From IMG/VR virus record IMGVR_UViG_3300025326_000042, positions 1 to 54,567 of that record: a stretch of 54,567 nucleotides of DNA. One strand, given 5' to 3'. The notes under the pieces are model-generated. The model was not told where the DNA came from. It saw only the letters and a list, made by a program, of their open reading frames with translations, and did no database searches. Source of the DNA: a virus. Its lineage: Duplodnaviria; Caudoviricetes. Below, piece after piece: positions 18,136 to 27,463 of the stretch (positions are counted from its first letter, which is position 1; every line of letters starts with the position of its first letter). Both the position numbers and the translations under genes were made by a program.

Positions 18136-18564
18136 TCACTCATCCGGCACCTCGTAGCCCTTCATCTGCAATATCTCCTTGATGACCTTCCAGTCCCCTC
18201 TCCGGGAGTAACGATGGGGACAATCTGCATCTCCTAGGTTGTGTACACCCGCGTTACACGGCCAGCGGAGAGCGACCTGTTCACGCTTTGTAGCCCAACG
18301 GTCTAGGAAGAACCATATTGGGAGCCGGAGCTTCCGCGCCCGCTGGTAGTTCTTAGCGGTGATCTCCGCGCCGTCGGGCCACTCACGCTCGAAGCTCTCC
18401 ATGTAGCCGCAGTCCGCATTTATGTATCCCTTGCCGCGCCGCCGCAGCCACCTGGCGGTGAGCACGAAGCGCCTTTTAGCAAGCCGCCGCCGTGGTGTAC
18501 GCCCACCAGCCGCCGCGGGCGACGCGCTCGGCGACCCAGGCTGTCGTGATCTCGAAGCCATCAC
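18136..18564 (-). CDS. hypothetical protein
   Basis: Overlaps the upstream stop; operon continuity. Confidence 0.5.
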   Translation of the reverse strand: MMASRSRQPGSPSASPAAAGGRTPRRRLAKRRFVLTARWLRRRGKGYINADCGYMESFEREWPDGAEITAKNYQRARKLRLPIWFFLDRWATKREQVALRWPCNAGVHNLGDADCPHRYSRRGDWKVIKEILQMKGYEVPDE

Positions 18565-19097
18565 TCGACAGGCCGAATCAAGATAGGCTCTGTTTCGAGC
18601 ACGAGGGGCGCGTCAAACGTCATGATCTTGATCCCGAAAGCCAGCCCCATAACTCCGGTCGCGGCGTCAACAAAAATCCAGCCATCACACGCAGCGGCAG
18701 CACCAGCACCACCATAGAAGATTCCATCCAGCGATGGCGCTGTCACCACAATCGTACCCTCGTACTGCGTCTCAATATCCTCCGTAGAGGAAAGAAACGC
18801 ACAGGCGTTGACCGGAACGGCTGTGCTCACGAAATAGTGCGTTACCTGACCAGTATCGCTGAGCAGGTAGGTGTACCAGGGATGGTTTACGAGGTCTTGG
18901 CGGCGCGTGTACTCTGCCAGAACCTCACGAAGAGGAAAGTTCTCGGTTCGTGGTATGGGTATCAGCGCCTCCGCTCTGGCAAACATTTCCGTCCGCGTCT
19001 CAACACTGCGCTGGCGTTGCTGCGCCCCTGATTGTGTTGACTCACAAGCCGCGCTGAGAAGGGCTAGGAGCACCAAGCCAACTACTGCAAAGCGCAT
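18561..19097 (-). CDS. lipoprotein
   Basis: Signal peptide MRFAVVGLVLLALLSAAC with lipobox Cys. Confidence 0.8.
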   Translation of the reverse strand: MRFAVVGLVLLALLSAACESTQSGAQQRQRSVETRTEMFARAEALIPIPRTENFPLREVLAEYTRRQDLVNHPWYTYLLSDTGQVTHYFVSTAVPVNACAFLSSTEDIETQYEGTIVVTAPSLDGIFYGGAGAAAACDGWIFVDAATGVMGLAFGIKIMTFDAPLVLETEPILIRPVE

Positions 19098-19534
19098 ATC
19101 GTCTTCCCTCCTTCTGCTGGATAATTGCTGTCGGGGAGCTGGTAGGGCAAATCACGGTCTCTGAATTGGCCCTCAGTATAGTCTTTGAGCGCATCCTGGT
19201 TGTACTTGGCGATACTGTTGTGCCGAAGACCCTTCGTTCCAGTGAGCGCCGAGATGGTGTAGTTGTGGGCCCGTGTGCCGGGGATCATCCTCGGGAGAGT
19301 ACGTTCAAGCTCGTCAATCTGCCCTTCGAGACCCTGGATCGAAGCGCATTGAGCGAAAAAGCTCTGATAGGCTTCGATGCGGAAGGGAGCGGACTGAATC
19401 TGGACACGAGCCTCGCCCCTTCCGTAGAGGCCCGCTGTCGCCACACGAAGACCCCAGACGCCGGCGATGACCCCAAACACGAGTCCCATGATAAAGATCA
19501 TCGCACCGACATAATAGAGCACTAGCCTGACCAT
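19082..19534 (-). CDS. single-pass membrane protein with helical soluble domain
   Basis: N-terminal hydrophobic helix; SD AAGGAGGT; overlaps the lipoprotein gene by 16 nt. Confidence 0.75.
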   Translation of the reverse strand: MVRLVLYYVGAMIFIMGLVFGVIAGVWGLRVATAGLYGRGEARVQIQSAPFRIEAYQSFFAQCASIQGLEGQIDELERTLPRMIPGTRAHNYTISALTGTKGLRHNSIAKYNQDALKDYTEGQFRDRDLPYQLPDSNYPAEGGKTICALQ

Positions 19535-19551
19535 TGTTTCTTACCTCCTTA

Positions 19552-20124
19552 CTATCTCGCGCATGTCCACTGTCCCCAACCGTTCTCAGCCACGTACTCG
19601 GCGACGAAAGGTATCTGCTGCATCGGCTCGAAGAAGTCGGTGTAGCCAGCCTCTAAGAATCGTGTGCCGACGCCGGCTGGGTGGAGCAACTGGAAGATGC
19701 CTCTCTCTCCCGCCGCGCCCGTCCGTGGGCCATAGATAACGTCCAGCGCAAAACTGTCGCTCTCGCATCGCGCTACTTCCCAGGCGTACTCCCAGTCGAG
19801 GCCGCGCTGGGAGAACTCGCGGCGGATAACTTGGTGAATAGTATCCTGCGAAGGTTCGACATCTCGTAGGCGCACATCGAGGACTCGAAGGTAAGCCTGT
19901 TGAACGATTTCACTAGATGGCCGAGTGAGCGGCGTATCCGCCGCCACTGCCTCCGCGAGCGCCATGAGCGCAGAGCCGACTTCCAACTGAGTAGCAAGGT
20001 CATCAGCGATCCCGCCGTTCAGCCAGGCTGACCAGGAGCCAGACAATCCCGATGTAGACGAGAACAAACGCGGGCCAGTACTCAAGCGTAGCGCATCACC
20101 TCCCTGTCCTAGTACCGCGCTCAT
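19552..20124 (-). CDS. lysozyme-like / lytic transglycosylase domain protein
   Basis: VARCES catalytic Glu motif, G..GIFQ, C-terminal GW.QW.C; an in-frame hydrophobic stretch upstream makes the start uncertain. Confidence 0.75.
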   Translation of the reverse strand: MSAVLGQGGDALRLSTGPRLFSSTSGLSGSWSAWLNGGIADDLATQLEVGSALMALAEAVAADTPLTRPSSEIVQQAYLRVLDVRLRDVEPSQDTIHQVIRREFSQRGLDWEYAWEVARCESDSFALDVIYGPRTGAAGERGIFQLLHPAGVGTRFLEAGYTDFFEPMQQIPFVAEYVAENGWGQWTCAR

Positions 20125-20257
20125 CGCGATGAGGATCGCGCAGAGCGTCGGGAGTAGCCATCTCAGTGAACCCCGACCTTACTATCTCTCTCCGCCAAGA
20201 AAGTGCGGGATATCTGTAGCTTCACATCACACCTCCTATCTTCTTCTCCGCCTTGTT

Positions 20258-20336
20258 GTAGCCAGAGGAGCCCACCAGTCGCCTCTGCTGGTGGCGGGGG
20301 TGGTGGGGAGGAAAACTGATGGGCTCCTCTGGCTAC
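20258..20336 (-). other. long RNA hairpin directly after the endolysin stop codon
   Basis: 22-nt arms at 20258-20279 and 20315-20336; the single DNA mismatch is a G-U pair in the minus-strand transcript. Confidence 0.75.
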
Positions 20337-21100
20337 GGGCCTGGTATGGCCTGCAAGATGGCTGGATCGATTTCGATGGGGCCTCGCACACCGATAAATT
20401 GCAGGAACACAGTCTCTTGTGCGTCCACGGGCCGCTTGCGTATCCAGTCGGTCAGGAACACACCTGATACGTCTGATTGCTTGACCAGTATGACTGCCAT
20501 GCTGTCCTCCTGTTCTTCCTCGAATCCTAACTTGCCGATAGCCGCCCACAGTGCCGTCCCTGGACATTCCGTGCCTGGCCGAAAGTCCCTGTGCCCCCAT
20601 ATCGACCGGCCCTGTGGATGTATCTCTCCAAGATTAGGCAGCAGAGTGGACTTTAGCCAGAACCAAAACGCATTGATAGGCGGGATGTGCGGCGCGAAGT
20701 CGCGCATTAGGTTCGTGTTGCCCTCGATGGCAAGCGCGATGCCGCTGTCGTTGAGCCAGTTACCCTCAGTATCATGGCTTCTTGTATGCGCTCCGCTTCT
20801 GGCCCAACCACGCCCCTCTGCTACGATCAGTCGGGCTTTCGTGAAGCTCTCAGCCATGAGAAATCCCACAAAGTTGTACGGCACATCGAGTCCCAGATCG
20901 GGCCGGATGCGCTGAAGCTGGCGCATCTTCGCTTTCACCTCGCCCTCTGTCTCCCAGAGATTAGGCGTCGCATCATCATCAATAACGACCGTGTGGTGCA
21001 TGATGGCGAGCTTCCGCATCTTAAAGGGGACATTCCAGCCCAGTCTCGGGAGCGTAGTATCCGCTCCCCATTCAACGCGGCTCATGTACATCCAACTCAT
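20333..21100 (-). CDS. endolysin, N-acetylmuramoyl-L-alanine amidase (Amidase_2/PGRP-like)
   Basis: SR.EWGA, IMHHT, PYNF, EGRG, GAHT, GHRD, TECPG. Confidence 0.92.
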   Translation of the reverse strand: MSWMYMSRVEWGADTTLPRLGWNVPFKMRKLAIMHHTVVIDDDATPNLWETEGEVKAKMRQLQRIRPDLGLDVPYNFVGFLMAESFTKARLIVAEGRGWARSGAHTRSHDTEGNWLNDSGIALAIEGNTNLMRDFAPHIPPINAFWFWLKSTLLPNLGEIHPQGRSIWGHRDFRPGTECPGTALWAAIGKLGFEEEQEDSMAVILVKQSDVSGVFLTDWIRKRPVDAQETVFLQFIGVRGPIEIDPAILQAIPGP

Positions 21101-21324
21101 AAGATCGCTCCATGAGAACGCATTACATTCCGCCTCTTTTTAGCAGAGCCTAAGAGAGGGCGCTCCGGCAGCGCTCCACATTGCACACACGATCCATCCA
21201 AAAGACTGCCGCCACATCTCCAACATTCACGCCCCGCTTTGTAGAATCCTCGATACCTGTCCGCGATGCAATGCGAATAGCATGATTCGATACTGCTCAT
21301 CCCAGTAGACCTCCTTCGGCTCAT
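21097..21324 (-). CDS. small zinc-ribbon-like hypothetical protein (start uncertain)
   Basis: CWRCGG...CVQCG; ATGA overlap with the endolysin. Confidence 0.5.
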   Translation of the reverse strand: MSRRRSTGMSSIESCYSHCIADRYRGFYKAGRECWRCGGSLLDGSCVQCGALPERPLLGSAKKRRNVMRSHGAIL

Positions 21325-21361
21325 CCAGCGGAAGAAAACCGAGATTCTTGATGACGGAGAT

Positions 21362-21390
21362 GTTATAACATATCAAGCTCTCTGTGTCAA
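21362..21390 (-). promoter_or_regulatory. sigma70/sigmaA-type promoter upstream of the endolysin
   Basis: TTGACA, 17 nt, TATAAC with TG extension; the -10 sits inside the palindrome ATGTTATAACAT. Confidence 0.75.
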
Positions 21391-21567
21391 GTACCGTCTT
21401 GCCACTTCCATCCATAAAGCCATTGCCATGACATGACCTCCCAAGAAGATGACCCAACTCCAGATAAACGCCTGCCCGCCCCAAACGAGATAGTCTATCG
21501 AGCTGGGTTCGAGCTGGCGCTCCGCTTCGGAGATCGCGTCTTCGATTGCCTTACTGATCGCGTCCAT
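21373..21567 (-). CDS. small membrane protein
   Basis: One hydrophobic segment; overlaps the holin stop. Confidence 0.5.
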   Translation of the reverse strand: MDAISKAIEDAISEAERQLEPSSIDYLVWGGQAFIWSWVIFLGGHVMAMALWMEVARRYLTQRA

Positions 21568-21829
21568 TGACGATGTTCCTTGCAGCATCCACACCTGTCC
21601 TGGTGATGGAATAGAACCCACTCGCCGCCAATCCGTAAACGACACCACGAAGGATATCTAATCTTGTGAACTCATCTGTCCCGACTGTAAGGGAGACATT
21701 CCACACGATGCCGATGGCGATAGCCGCGAGCGGCAGCGCTCGCATTGGAATAAAGCCCTTTGCAGCCTGCAAGACGGCGGTGATGATTGGGATCGCCGCC
21801 ATGCCCCCTAACGCGATGCTATCTTCCAC
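21551..21829 (-). CDS. holin
   Basis: About 92 aa, 2-3 hydrophobic segments, 'GLAASGFYS' motif, SD GAAAGGAG, upstream of the amidase. Confidence 0.75.
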   Translation of the reverse strand: MEDSIALGGMAAIPIITAVLQAAKGFIPMRALPLAAIAIGIVWNVSLTVGTDEFTRLDILRGVVYGLAASGFYSITRTGVDAARNIVNGRDQ

Positions 21830-21845
21830 GAGTCCACTCCTTTCT

Positions 21846-22160
21846 CTATTCACCTCTGTCCTGGTCGCTCCTCCGATGATTCCCGATCTGGATAATGCCT
21901 GCAACTTGGCTTAAAATCGCCAGAGCGACGAAGATCGCCAGGCCATTGTATGTTCTCGCATCCGGTGGCGTCAGGATATTCGCTGTGTCTAACGCTCGCA
22001 TGAGGACAATGAACATGATATAGAGGCTCGATACCGCCATCGCTTCACGCCCATACCTAGCATAGAGCCTGCCATTCAGCACGGAGATGCGCCACAAGAT
22101 GAGCGCAAACAGAAGCATCCCTGCTGTCCCAATGATCTGAAGTATGTCCGTCTGGCTCAT
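21846..22160 (-). CDS. membrane protein (3 TM)
   Basis: Start MSQTDILQ after GGAGG; three hydrophobic helices. Confidence 0.65.
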   Translation of the reverse strand: MSQTDILQIIGTAGMLLFALILWRISVLNGRLYARYGREAMAVSSLYIMFIVLMRALDTANILTPPDARTYNGLAIFVALAILSQVAGIIQIGNHRRSDQDRGE

Positions 22161-22309
22161 ACAAACCTCCCGATGATTAGTCCCGCGACGCCAACAAGAA
22201 TCGGAGCAGCCCACCGCATGACACTGAAAGCCGCATCGAGCACGGCTTGCCTACGCTCAAGCGCGTCCAGCCTCGCTTCCATAGCCGCCAAGCGATCCTC
22301 AATACTCAT
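22157..22309 (-). CDS. small coiled-coil plus TM protein (lysis-cassette type)
   Basis: Below the track cutoff; manual translation MSIEDRLAAMEARLDALERRQAVLDAAFSVMRWAAPILVGVAGLIIGRFV*; ATGA overlaps at both ends. Confidence 0.7.
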   Translation of the reverse strand: MSIEDRLAAMEARLDALERRQAVLDAAFSVMRWAAPILVGVAGLIIGRFV

Positions 22310-22410
22310 CCTTCGTCCTCCTCGATGGCCGTCCGGCAGGCCATGATGTCGGCGATCTTGTAGCGGTGCTGCCAGCAGAACCTCTGGCGCAGGAGCCGGA
22401 TCGGGTTCAT
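22306..22410 (-). CDS. small hypothetical protein (34 aa)
   Basis: MNPIRLLRQRFCWQHRY...; fills the gap and has an ATGA overlap. Confidence 0.45.
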   Translation of the reverse strand: MNPIRLLRQRFCWQHRYKIADIMACRTAIEEDEG

Positions 22411-22418
22411 AGCACCAT

Positions 22419-23546
22419 CTATCCTGCTGCCAGCAGCCTCCGGCGGTCTGCGGCGGCTGCTGCGGGATCGTCCGTCAGCGCGATCAGCTCGACGCAGAGG
22501 GCAGTCACTTCCAGGTTGGCGGCGTCGCCTGCCGGAAAGCGTTTGGCTCCCGCTTCGAGATTGGGAATATCCCAGGAGCCGCCAGGCGCGGTGTTGATCA
22601 AGCCGCGCACCCCGCGCCACTCCGTGTTGTCGATGGTATCCATTAGCTTCAGGACTTGATTGGCTCCACTTTGCTGGATCACGGCGTAAAGCGTCGCACC
22701 CTTGTTCGCCACGTTCATCCGTGTCCGCATGATGACATAGACGCCACCAACGACCCCCGTTGGCGAAGCCGTCGTGAGCGCTGAAACCTCTGTGGCGATA
22801 CCCTGTGCCGCGTAGCAGATCGTTGTCCCGTCGTCCGGCGTCCCGCCCGCCACAAAGTCGTCCCAGTCCGTGTAGACCCCCACCCACCCGTCCACGACGT
22901 TGCCGTTTGGGTCGAGGCGGAAGGACTCAGCCGTTGCGCCTGGCCGGTCGGCTCCACTCGCTCCTGTGGCAGTGGCCCAATTCGACCACCGCTTCGTCAG
23001 CCCCGTTCCCACATCGCCCGTGACGACCCACAGGAGGACGCGGCCATTGGTCGGTCGGTTCGCCGTAGTGAAGGTCGCTTCCACGAGACCGTTGATCTCA
23101 AGGATGCAGGTCGTCCCGTTCCACTCGCGGCGGATCGTCAGCAGGTCGCTTGAAGCGTAGTCGGAGGAAGAGATGGCGTCCGCTGTGCCATCGTTCTGTG
23201 TGAGCGCGACCTTGTAGCGCCCGTTCGCTTGGCCGATGCCGCGAAGCCCGATGCAATGGTAGAGACCGTCCCCATCTGTGTCCGTGTATTGCCATCTGTA
23301 GCAAATACCAAAGAGCACACTGGCGTCGATGGCGCTATTGATCGCCTTAAACTGACCAACCTCCCAGACGGGGACGCCAGTGAAGTCTGCGGCGTTCTGC
23401 TCCATCGGCAGGGCGTATGCACCGGGGCTGATCGCCTGGATGTAGTACGCACCCTCCGAGCCGCCGATGGTGTAGGGTGAAGGCAGGTTGTAGCTCGGCG
23501 CGTGGTTGACGACCGGCCCGAAACCGCCGCGCAGCGTCCTAGCCAA
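22419..23546 (-). CDS. tail-associated beta-rich protein (lectin/LamG-like)
   Basis: Probable TTG start overlapping the upstream stop; Gly/Thr/aromatic-rich; C-terminus resembles that of 28965-29987. Confidence 0.65.
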   Translation of the reverse strand: MARTLRGGFGPVVNHAPSYNLPSPYTIGGSEGAYYIQAISPGAYALPMEQNAADFTGVPVWEVGQFKAINSAIDASVLFGICYRWQYTDTDGDGLYHCIGLRGIGQANGRYKVALTQNDGTADAISSSDYASSDLLTIRREWNGTTCILEINGLVEATFTTANRPTNGRVLLWVVTGDVGTGLTKRWSNWATATGASGADRPGATAESFRLDPNGNVVDGWVGVYTDWDDFVAGGTPDDGTTICYAAQGIATEVSALTTASPTGVVGGVYVIMRTRMNVANKGATLYAVIQQSGANQVLKLMDTIDNTEWRGVRGLINTAPGGSWDIPNLEAGAKRFPAGDAANLEVTALCVELIALTDDPAAAAADRRRLLAAG

Positions 23547-23997
23547 TGAGCGCCGCCTGTCCGAGCGTCCAGGAAATCTCCCACGTGCCGTCAGCCCGCT
23601 GCGCCACGACCGCGCCTGTGAATGTCTGCTGCCAGTTGAGGCAAGCAGCTTTCCCACCATCGAGCTCGCCAAAGAAGGTGGCGGAGACGCGCCACGTCGC
23701 CGATCCCGTGTGGGAGGTTAGGGCGTCCCGCAGCGCAGCAGCCATCACGCGGAGACGCCGCAGGCGAGCAGCGCTCGCGGGCAGCAGATGAGTCACGGCG
23801 GCAACGTGCGCTACCGTGTCCACGGCGACGCGGCAGAGAATCCCCCGCAGGTCATCTATCCAGATGTGCTCGTTCGAGTTGGTGAGGATGCTCGGCATGA
23901 AGGGCGGTTCAAGCTGGGGCGATGGCGGCGGATCGTAGGAGATACCCGCCATGTCCAGGAGAACCAGGTCACGGAGATCGGCTTTACGGATCGTCAT
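23539..23997 (-). CDS. hypothetical protein in tail module
   Basis: ATGA-coupled; N-terminus MTIRKA...DL is weakly GNAT-like. Confidence 0.6.
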   Translation of the reverse strand: MTIRKADLRDLVLLDMAGISYDPPPSPQLEPPFMPSILTNSNEHIWIDDLRGILCRVAVDTVAHVAAVTHLLPASAARLRRLRVMAAALRDALTSHTGSATWRVSATFFGELDGGKAACLNWQQTFTGAVVAQRADGTWEISWTLGQAALIG

Positions 23998-24689
23998 GTG
24001 CTCAGCGGCCTCTTCACGCGCAACGTCGTCGTCGCGTCCTTCGGCGTACCGACGATGGTGCCCCAGTTGACGCGCAGCAGCCGATTCGCCGGTATGGTCG
24101 CATTGGTCATCGAGCTGGTGTTCGCGCTCTTCTCCGAGGATAGTGTGAGGGTTGCAATCGTCGTCCAGGCAGCCGGATTCACCGTGTCGAGATCGTCCGT
24201 GTCCGCATATTGCCAGGTGACGGGCAGCCCGCTCGCGCCCGGCGCAGTCTCGGCATCGACGTATAGCTTCACCGCCGTCTCGTCTGCGGGGCCGCTGTGG
24301 TGAACCGCGCCCTGCTGGTCCCCGGCTGTGATGGTGACACCCTGAGCCGCATCGGGGACGTTAGAGTAGTGATATAAGGAGTTGAGTGCCGTGCTGATCT
24401 CTGCCCAGCCGGTCGCACCGTTGTTGTTCACGTAGAGCTTGTTGTCAACGGTATTCCAGCAGAGCGTCCCCGCACTCGCGCTGTGCGTTGGCGCTCCAGT
24501 CGTGGTCTTCGTCTGTACAACAACTTCACCTACCGGCGTGGTCGCGTGAGAACCGCCCTTGATCGCGCCTCCTGCGATGAGCTGTAGGATCACATTGATG
24601 TTGCCCGCCTCGATGTCGTCGGGCTGATACAGATCGAAGGTGCCTGGGCCTGCCGACGGCTGGAACTTGCCCGTGATTGGAATCGGCAT
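23994..24689 (-). CDS. minor tail / fibre protein
   Basis: 'PTHSASAGTLCWNTVDNKLYVNNNGATGW' fibre-type motif followed by a beta-sandwich-like region. Confidence 0.7.
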   Translation of the reverse strand: MPIPITGKFQPSAGPGTFDLYQPDDIEAGNINVILQLIAGGAIKGGSHATTPVGEVVVQTKTTTGAPTHSASAGTLCWNTVDNKLYVNNNGATGWAEISTALNSLYHYSNVPDAAQGVTITAGDQQGAVHHSGPADETAVKLYVDAETAPGASGLPVTWQYADTDDLDTVNPAAWTTIATLTLSSEKSANTSSMTNATIPANRLLRVNWGTIVGTPKDATTTLRVKRPLST

Positions 24690-26219
24690 TTACGTCACCA
24701 CCACATCATCGCCGTCCGACAGAATGCCTGGGTTGTCCGAACGCCAGCAGCGATACGTCTCCTGTGCGCCCCACTGGTTCGTGTGCGTGATGTTGTTTCG
24801 GTACGACCCCGCGACGCCGATCCCTGTGCTCGACTGCTTGATCGTCGCCAGGTCGGGGATGCGGTCGGGATGGCAGAACCAGAGGTGCTCGCCCGCCTCG
24901 ATCTTGATCGCCGTGTACGTGCGGACGACCGTGCTGGACACGATACTCTCACCATCCGCTGTATCGTCGAGAGCAAGTACCTGAGCGTTCGTAATCGTGT
25001 CCGTGCCGTTTACCGCTGGCCCCATGTAGATGCGGTTGTTGGGCTGTGTTGTTGTAGGCACGGGAGTCACGGTGCCGAGGTTTTGATTGTCCGAGCGATA
25101 TTGCTGGAAGGTCTCGGCGAATCCGCTGTCGTTGGTATGACTCATCGTGAGCAAGTCGCTGAACGCCGCCCACTCGCTGTTGATGGCGAAGTAGAGCGCC
25201 GCGCCAAGCGCCGAGCGGTAGGCATACCAACAATACTGGCCCGCTCCAATAATAACCGCAGCGGGCATCGCGCCGGTCTTGCCCGTGTTCAGTTCCGACG
25301 TGCCACCCGCGCCATCGAGGGCAAGTATCTGCGCGGAGCTGAGCTGCGTCGCCTGGCTATTCGGCCCCATGTAACGCCGGTTGATGTAAGAGATCGTCAC
25401 GGTCTTGGTCTTGGTCTGGCCAGCTACGACAACTGTAGCCGTGAAGATACGTGTACTGCCAACCGTTGTGCCGCGATACCAGTTGGGTGCATTTAGGTAC
25501 TGGAGGAAGGGCGTTAGCAGCGTTACTGGATAGTCGGCTGGGTTGATCTCACCCCCGTCAATGTCGATCTTGGGGCCAGGTGCATCCCCTGATGGAGTCC
25601 CCACATAGGTGAGATCGAACTTCGTGTGATTCGGTGGGCTGATATCCTCCGGCGAGCTTGCACCACCAACTTCGTGATTCGTTGCCGAGTAGCCGTCCAC
25701 GGTGAAGGTGGCGATGCTTGGTGTAAACGTCTGCGGGTTCAGCAGTGAAAGCTCCACCCAAAAGCTCAGCACGGAGTCATACATCACGCCCATCGTCCCT
25801 CCAGGGTTGATCGTCAGCGTATTCGCCGTGAGCCTGAGTAGCGAGCCTCCCAAAGCGTTTACGTCCTGGAGCGTGATGTTGTAGGAACCGACATTGTGTA
25901 AGTACGCGATCTGCCCATTCCGGCCAGCGGCTATTGTTGGCTGCGAGGTAAGCGTGATGGCGCTCGCGCTGTCAATCTGGCAATCCGGCTCCCCGTCTGT
26001 AACGGTGATAGCGGAAGAGGCGATGAGCGTCTGCGTGGCGACGAACGTAAACAGTTCTCGGATGCCGCCACTGACTTGAGCGATGGGCAAGATTCCCACC
26101 ACATCACCAAGCCGCACCTGTCCCGCACCTGTCGAGATCGCGTTGAGCCTGGCCTTAATCGCCTGCACCTCGTCCCAGAGCCTTCTAACAGTAGTGGCCA
26201 GTGGCAGGAACGCGCTCAC
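24690..26219 (-). CDS. tail fibre-like protein with duplicated C-terminal domain
   Basis: N-terminal coiled coil; two copies of N.R.YMGP...AQ.LALD...I.AG...HTN..G..ET....RSDN. Confidence 0.72.
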   Translation of the reverse strand: MSAFLPLATTVRRLWDEVQAIKARLNAISTGAGQVRLGDVVGILPIAQVSGGIRELFTFVATQTLIASSAITVTDGEPDCQIDSASAITLTSQPTIAAGRNGQIAYLHNVGSYNITLQDVNALGGSLLRLTANTLTINPGGTMGVMYDSVLSFWVELSLLNPQTFTPSIATFTVDGYSATNHEVGGASSPEDISPPNHTKFDLTYVGTPSGDAPGPKIDIDGGEINPADYPVTLLTPFLQYLNAPNWYRGTTVGSTRIFTATVVVAGQTKTKTVTISYINRRYMGPNSQATQLSSAQILALDGAGGTSELNTGKTGAMPAAVIIGAGQYCWYAYRSALGAALYFAINSEWAAFSDLLTMSHTNDSGFAETFQQYRSDNQNLGTVTPVPTTTQPNNRIYMGPAVNGTDTITNAQVLALDDTADGESIVSSTVVRTYTAIKIEAGEHLWFCHPDRIPDLATIKQSSTGIGVAGSYRNNITHTNQWGAQETYRCWRSDNPGILSDGDDVVVT

Positions 26220-27463
26220 GGGATCACCGCCATCAGGGAGGAGCTTTGCAGAGCCGTACTGTATGAGGTGTGGCTGCCGATGGGCAGCAGCGTGTCGCTG
26301 TAGTCCGCCCAGATGCTCGTCGCCACGGGCTGCTGGAGGCGCATGAGCAGGTAATCGTTCGTCAGCCTGCCACCCTCGCCGAAGGCGTAGATCGCGAGGT
26401 CTCGCTCGTCGTAGGCGAAGCCGCTGTAGTTATAGCTCGCGCTTGGAATGGGTATGTTGTTCCCGATGTTCTGCCAGGTCTGCCCCTGGTCGATTGACTC
26501 CAAAACCTCATGCGCGTTCGGGGAGGCCTGTATATCGATGTGTAGAACGTAGAGCTTCCCGCCGTTCTTCGCGCCTGTCGGGCCGATGGCTATCTGAAAG
26601 CTGGATGAGCCAAAGTCCTTCTTGTTGACCCAACTCCCGCCGTTATTGTCGCTCACAACGATACCTGTATTGTTCCCGGTCAGCAGGATACTGACCATGA
26701 CGATCCTGTTGTCCGGGAGTTGCAGGGCGCCCCTCCTTCTGCCAACATTGCCTGCGTAGAAGACGCCAGAGGCGTCATTCACCGTCCACGTCGCGCCCCT
26801 GTCCGTTGTGAAGAGTGTTAGGCAATTAGTCCCACCACTGCCAAGCCGATCACCTATAGCTGCAACTCGCTGATCGTTCGTCGGGTGCGCCACAAGATGA
26901 GAGAACATGCGGTCGGTGCCCACCCCGCCATCCTCTTGCTTCGAGAGTATCCATGTGTCTCCTTGGTCGGTCGAGTAGAGGATTTTGGACCTGCCGTTCA
27001 CGTTATCTACATTCTGGCCGGTCAGCCCCCACACGCGACCGGAGGCGTCGATAGCGAAGGCTTGCCAGGCGTCGTTCGTGGATGGACGCGCCAGAGTAGC
27101 CCACGTCGCGCCCGCATCTTTCGTCCGCAGCACGGTCGTATCCTGATTCAACTCCGTGGTGGCGGCGACGATGAACCATAGACTATTCGTGAGCGCGAAC
27201 GTCTGGAAGCGGTCTTTCGTAACCTCCTCAGCCCCGAGACGGCTGTTAAATCTCACCTCATTGCGCCGCCAAAGGAACACGCGCTCGGTGGGCGTAGCTA
27301 CCATCGCCGCCGCCAGGACGCGACAGCGCCTGCTCGTGCTCGGCCCGATTGCGATGTCTTTCCCCTTCGCCAAACTGGGCCATGCAGGGAAGCCGGTGGC
27401 TGGTCTGAGCAGCCCGACACTGAGAAGACCGTTCGTGCTCTTGTAGATGCCTCGCGTGCTCAT
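26216..27463 (-). CDS. BNR/Asp-box beta-propeller tail protein
   Basis: Repeated S/T-x-D-x-G-x-T/S-W boxes (TKDAGATW, STDQGDTW, TTDRGATW, SDNNGGSW, SIDQGQTW). Confidence 0.8.
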   Translation of the reverse strand: MSTRGIYKSTNGLLSVGLLRPATGFPAWPSLAKGKDIAIGPSTSRRCRVLAAAMVATPTERVFLWRRNEVRFNSRLGAEEVTKDRFQTFALTNSLWFIVAATTELNQDTTVLRTKDAGATWATLARPSTNDAWQAFAIDASGRVWGLTGQNVDNVNGRSKILYSTDQGDTWILSKQEDGGVGTDRMFSHLVAHPTNDQRVAAIGDRLGSGGTNCLTLFTTDRGATWTVNDASGVFYAGNVGRRRGALQLPDNRIVMVSILLTGNNTGIVVSDNNGGSWVNKKDFGSSSFQIAIGPTGAKNGGKLYVLHIDIQASPNAHEVLESIDQGQTWQNIGNNIPIPSASYNYSGFAYDERDLAIYAFGEGGRLTNDYLLMRLQQPVATSIWADYSDTLLPIGSHTSYSTALQSSSLMAVIP

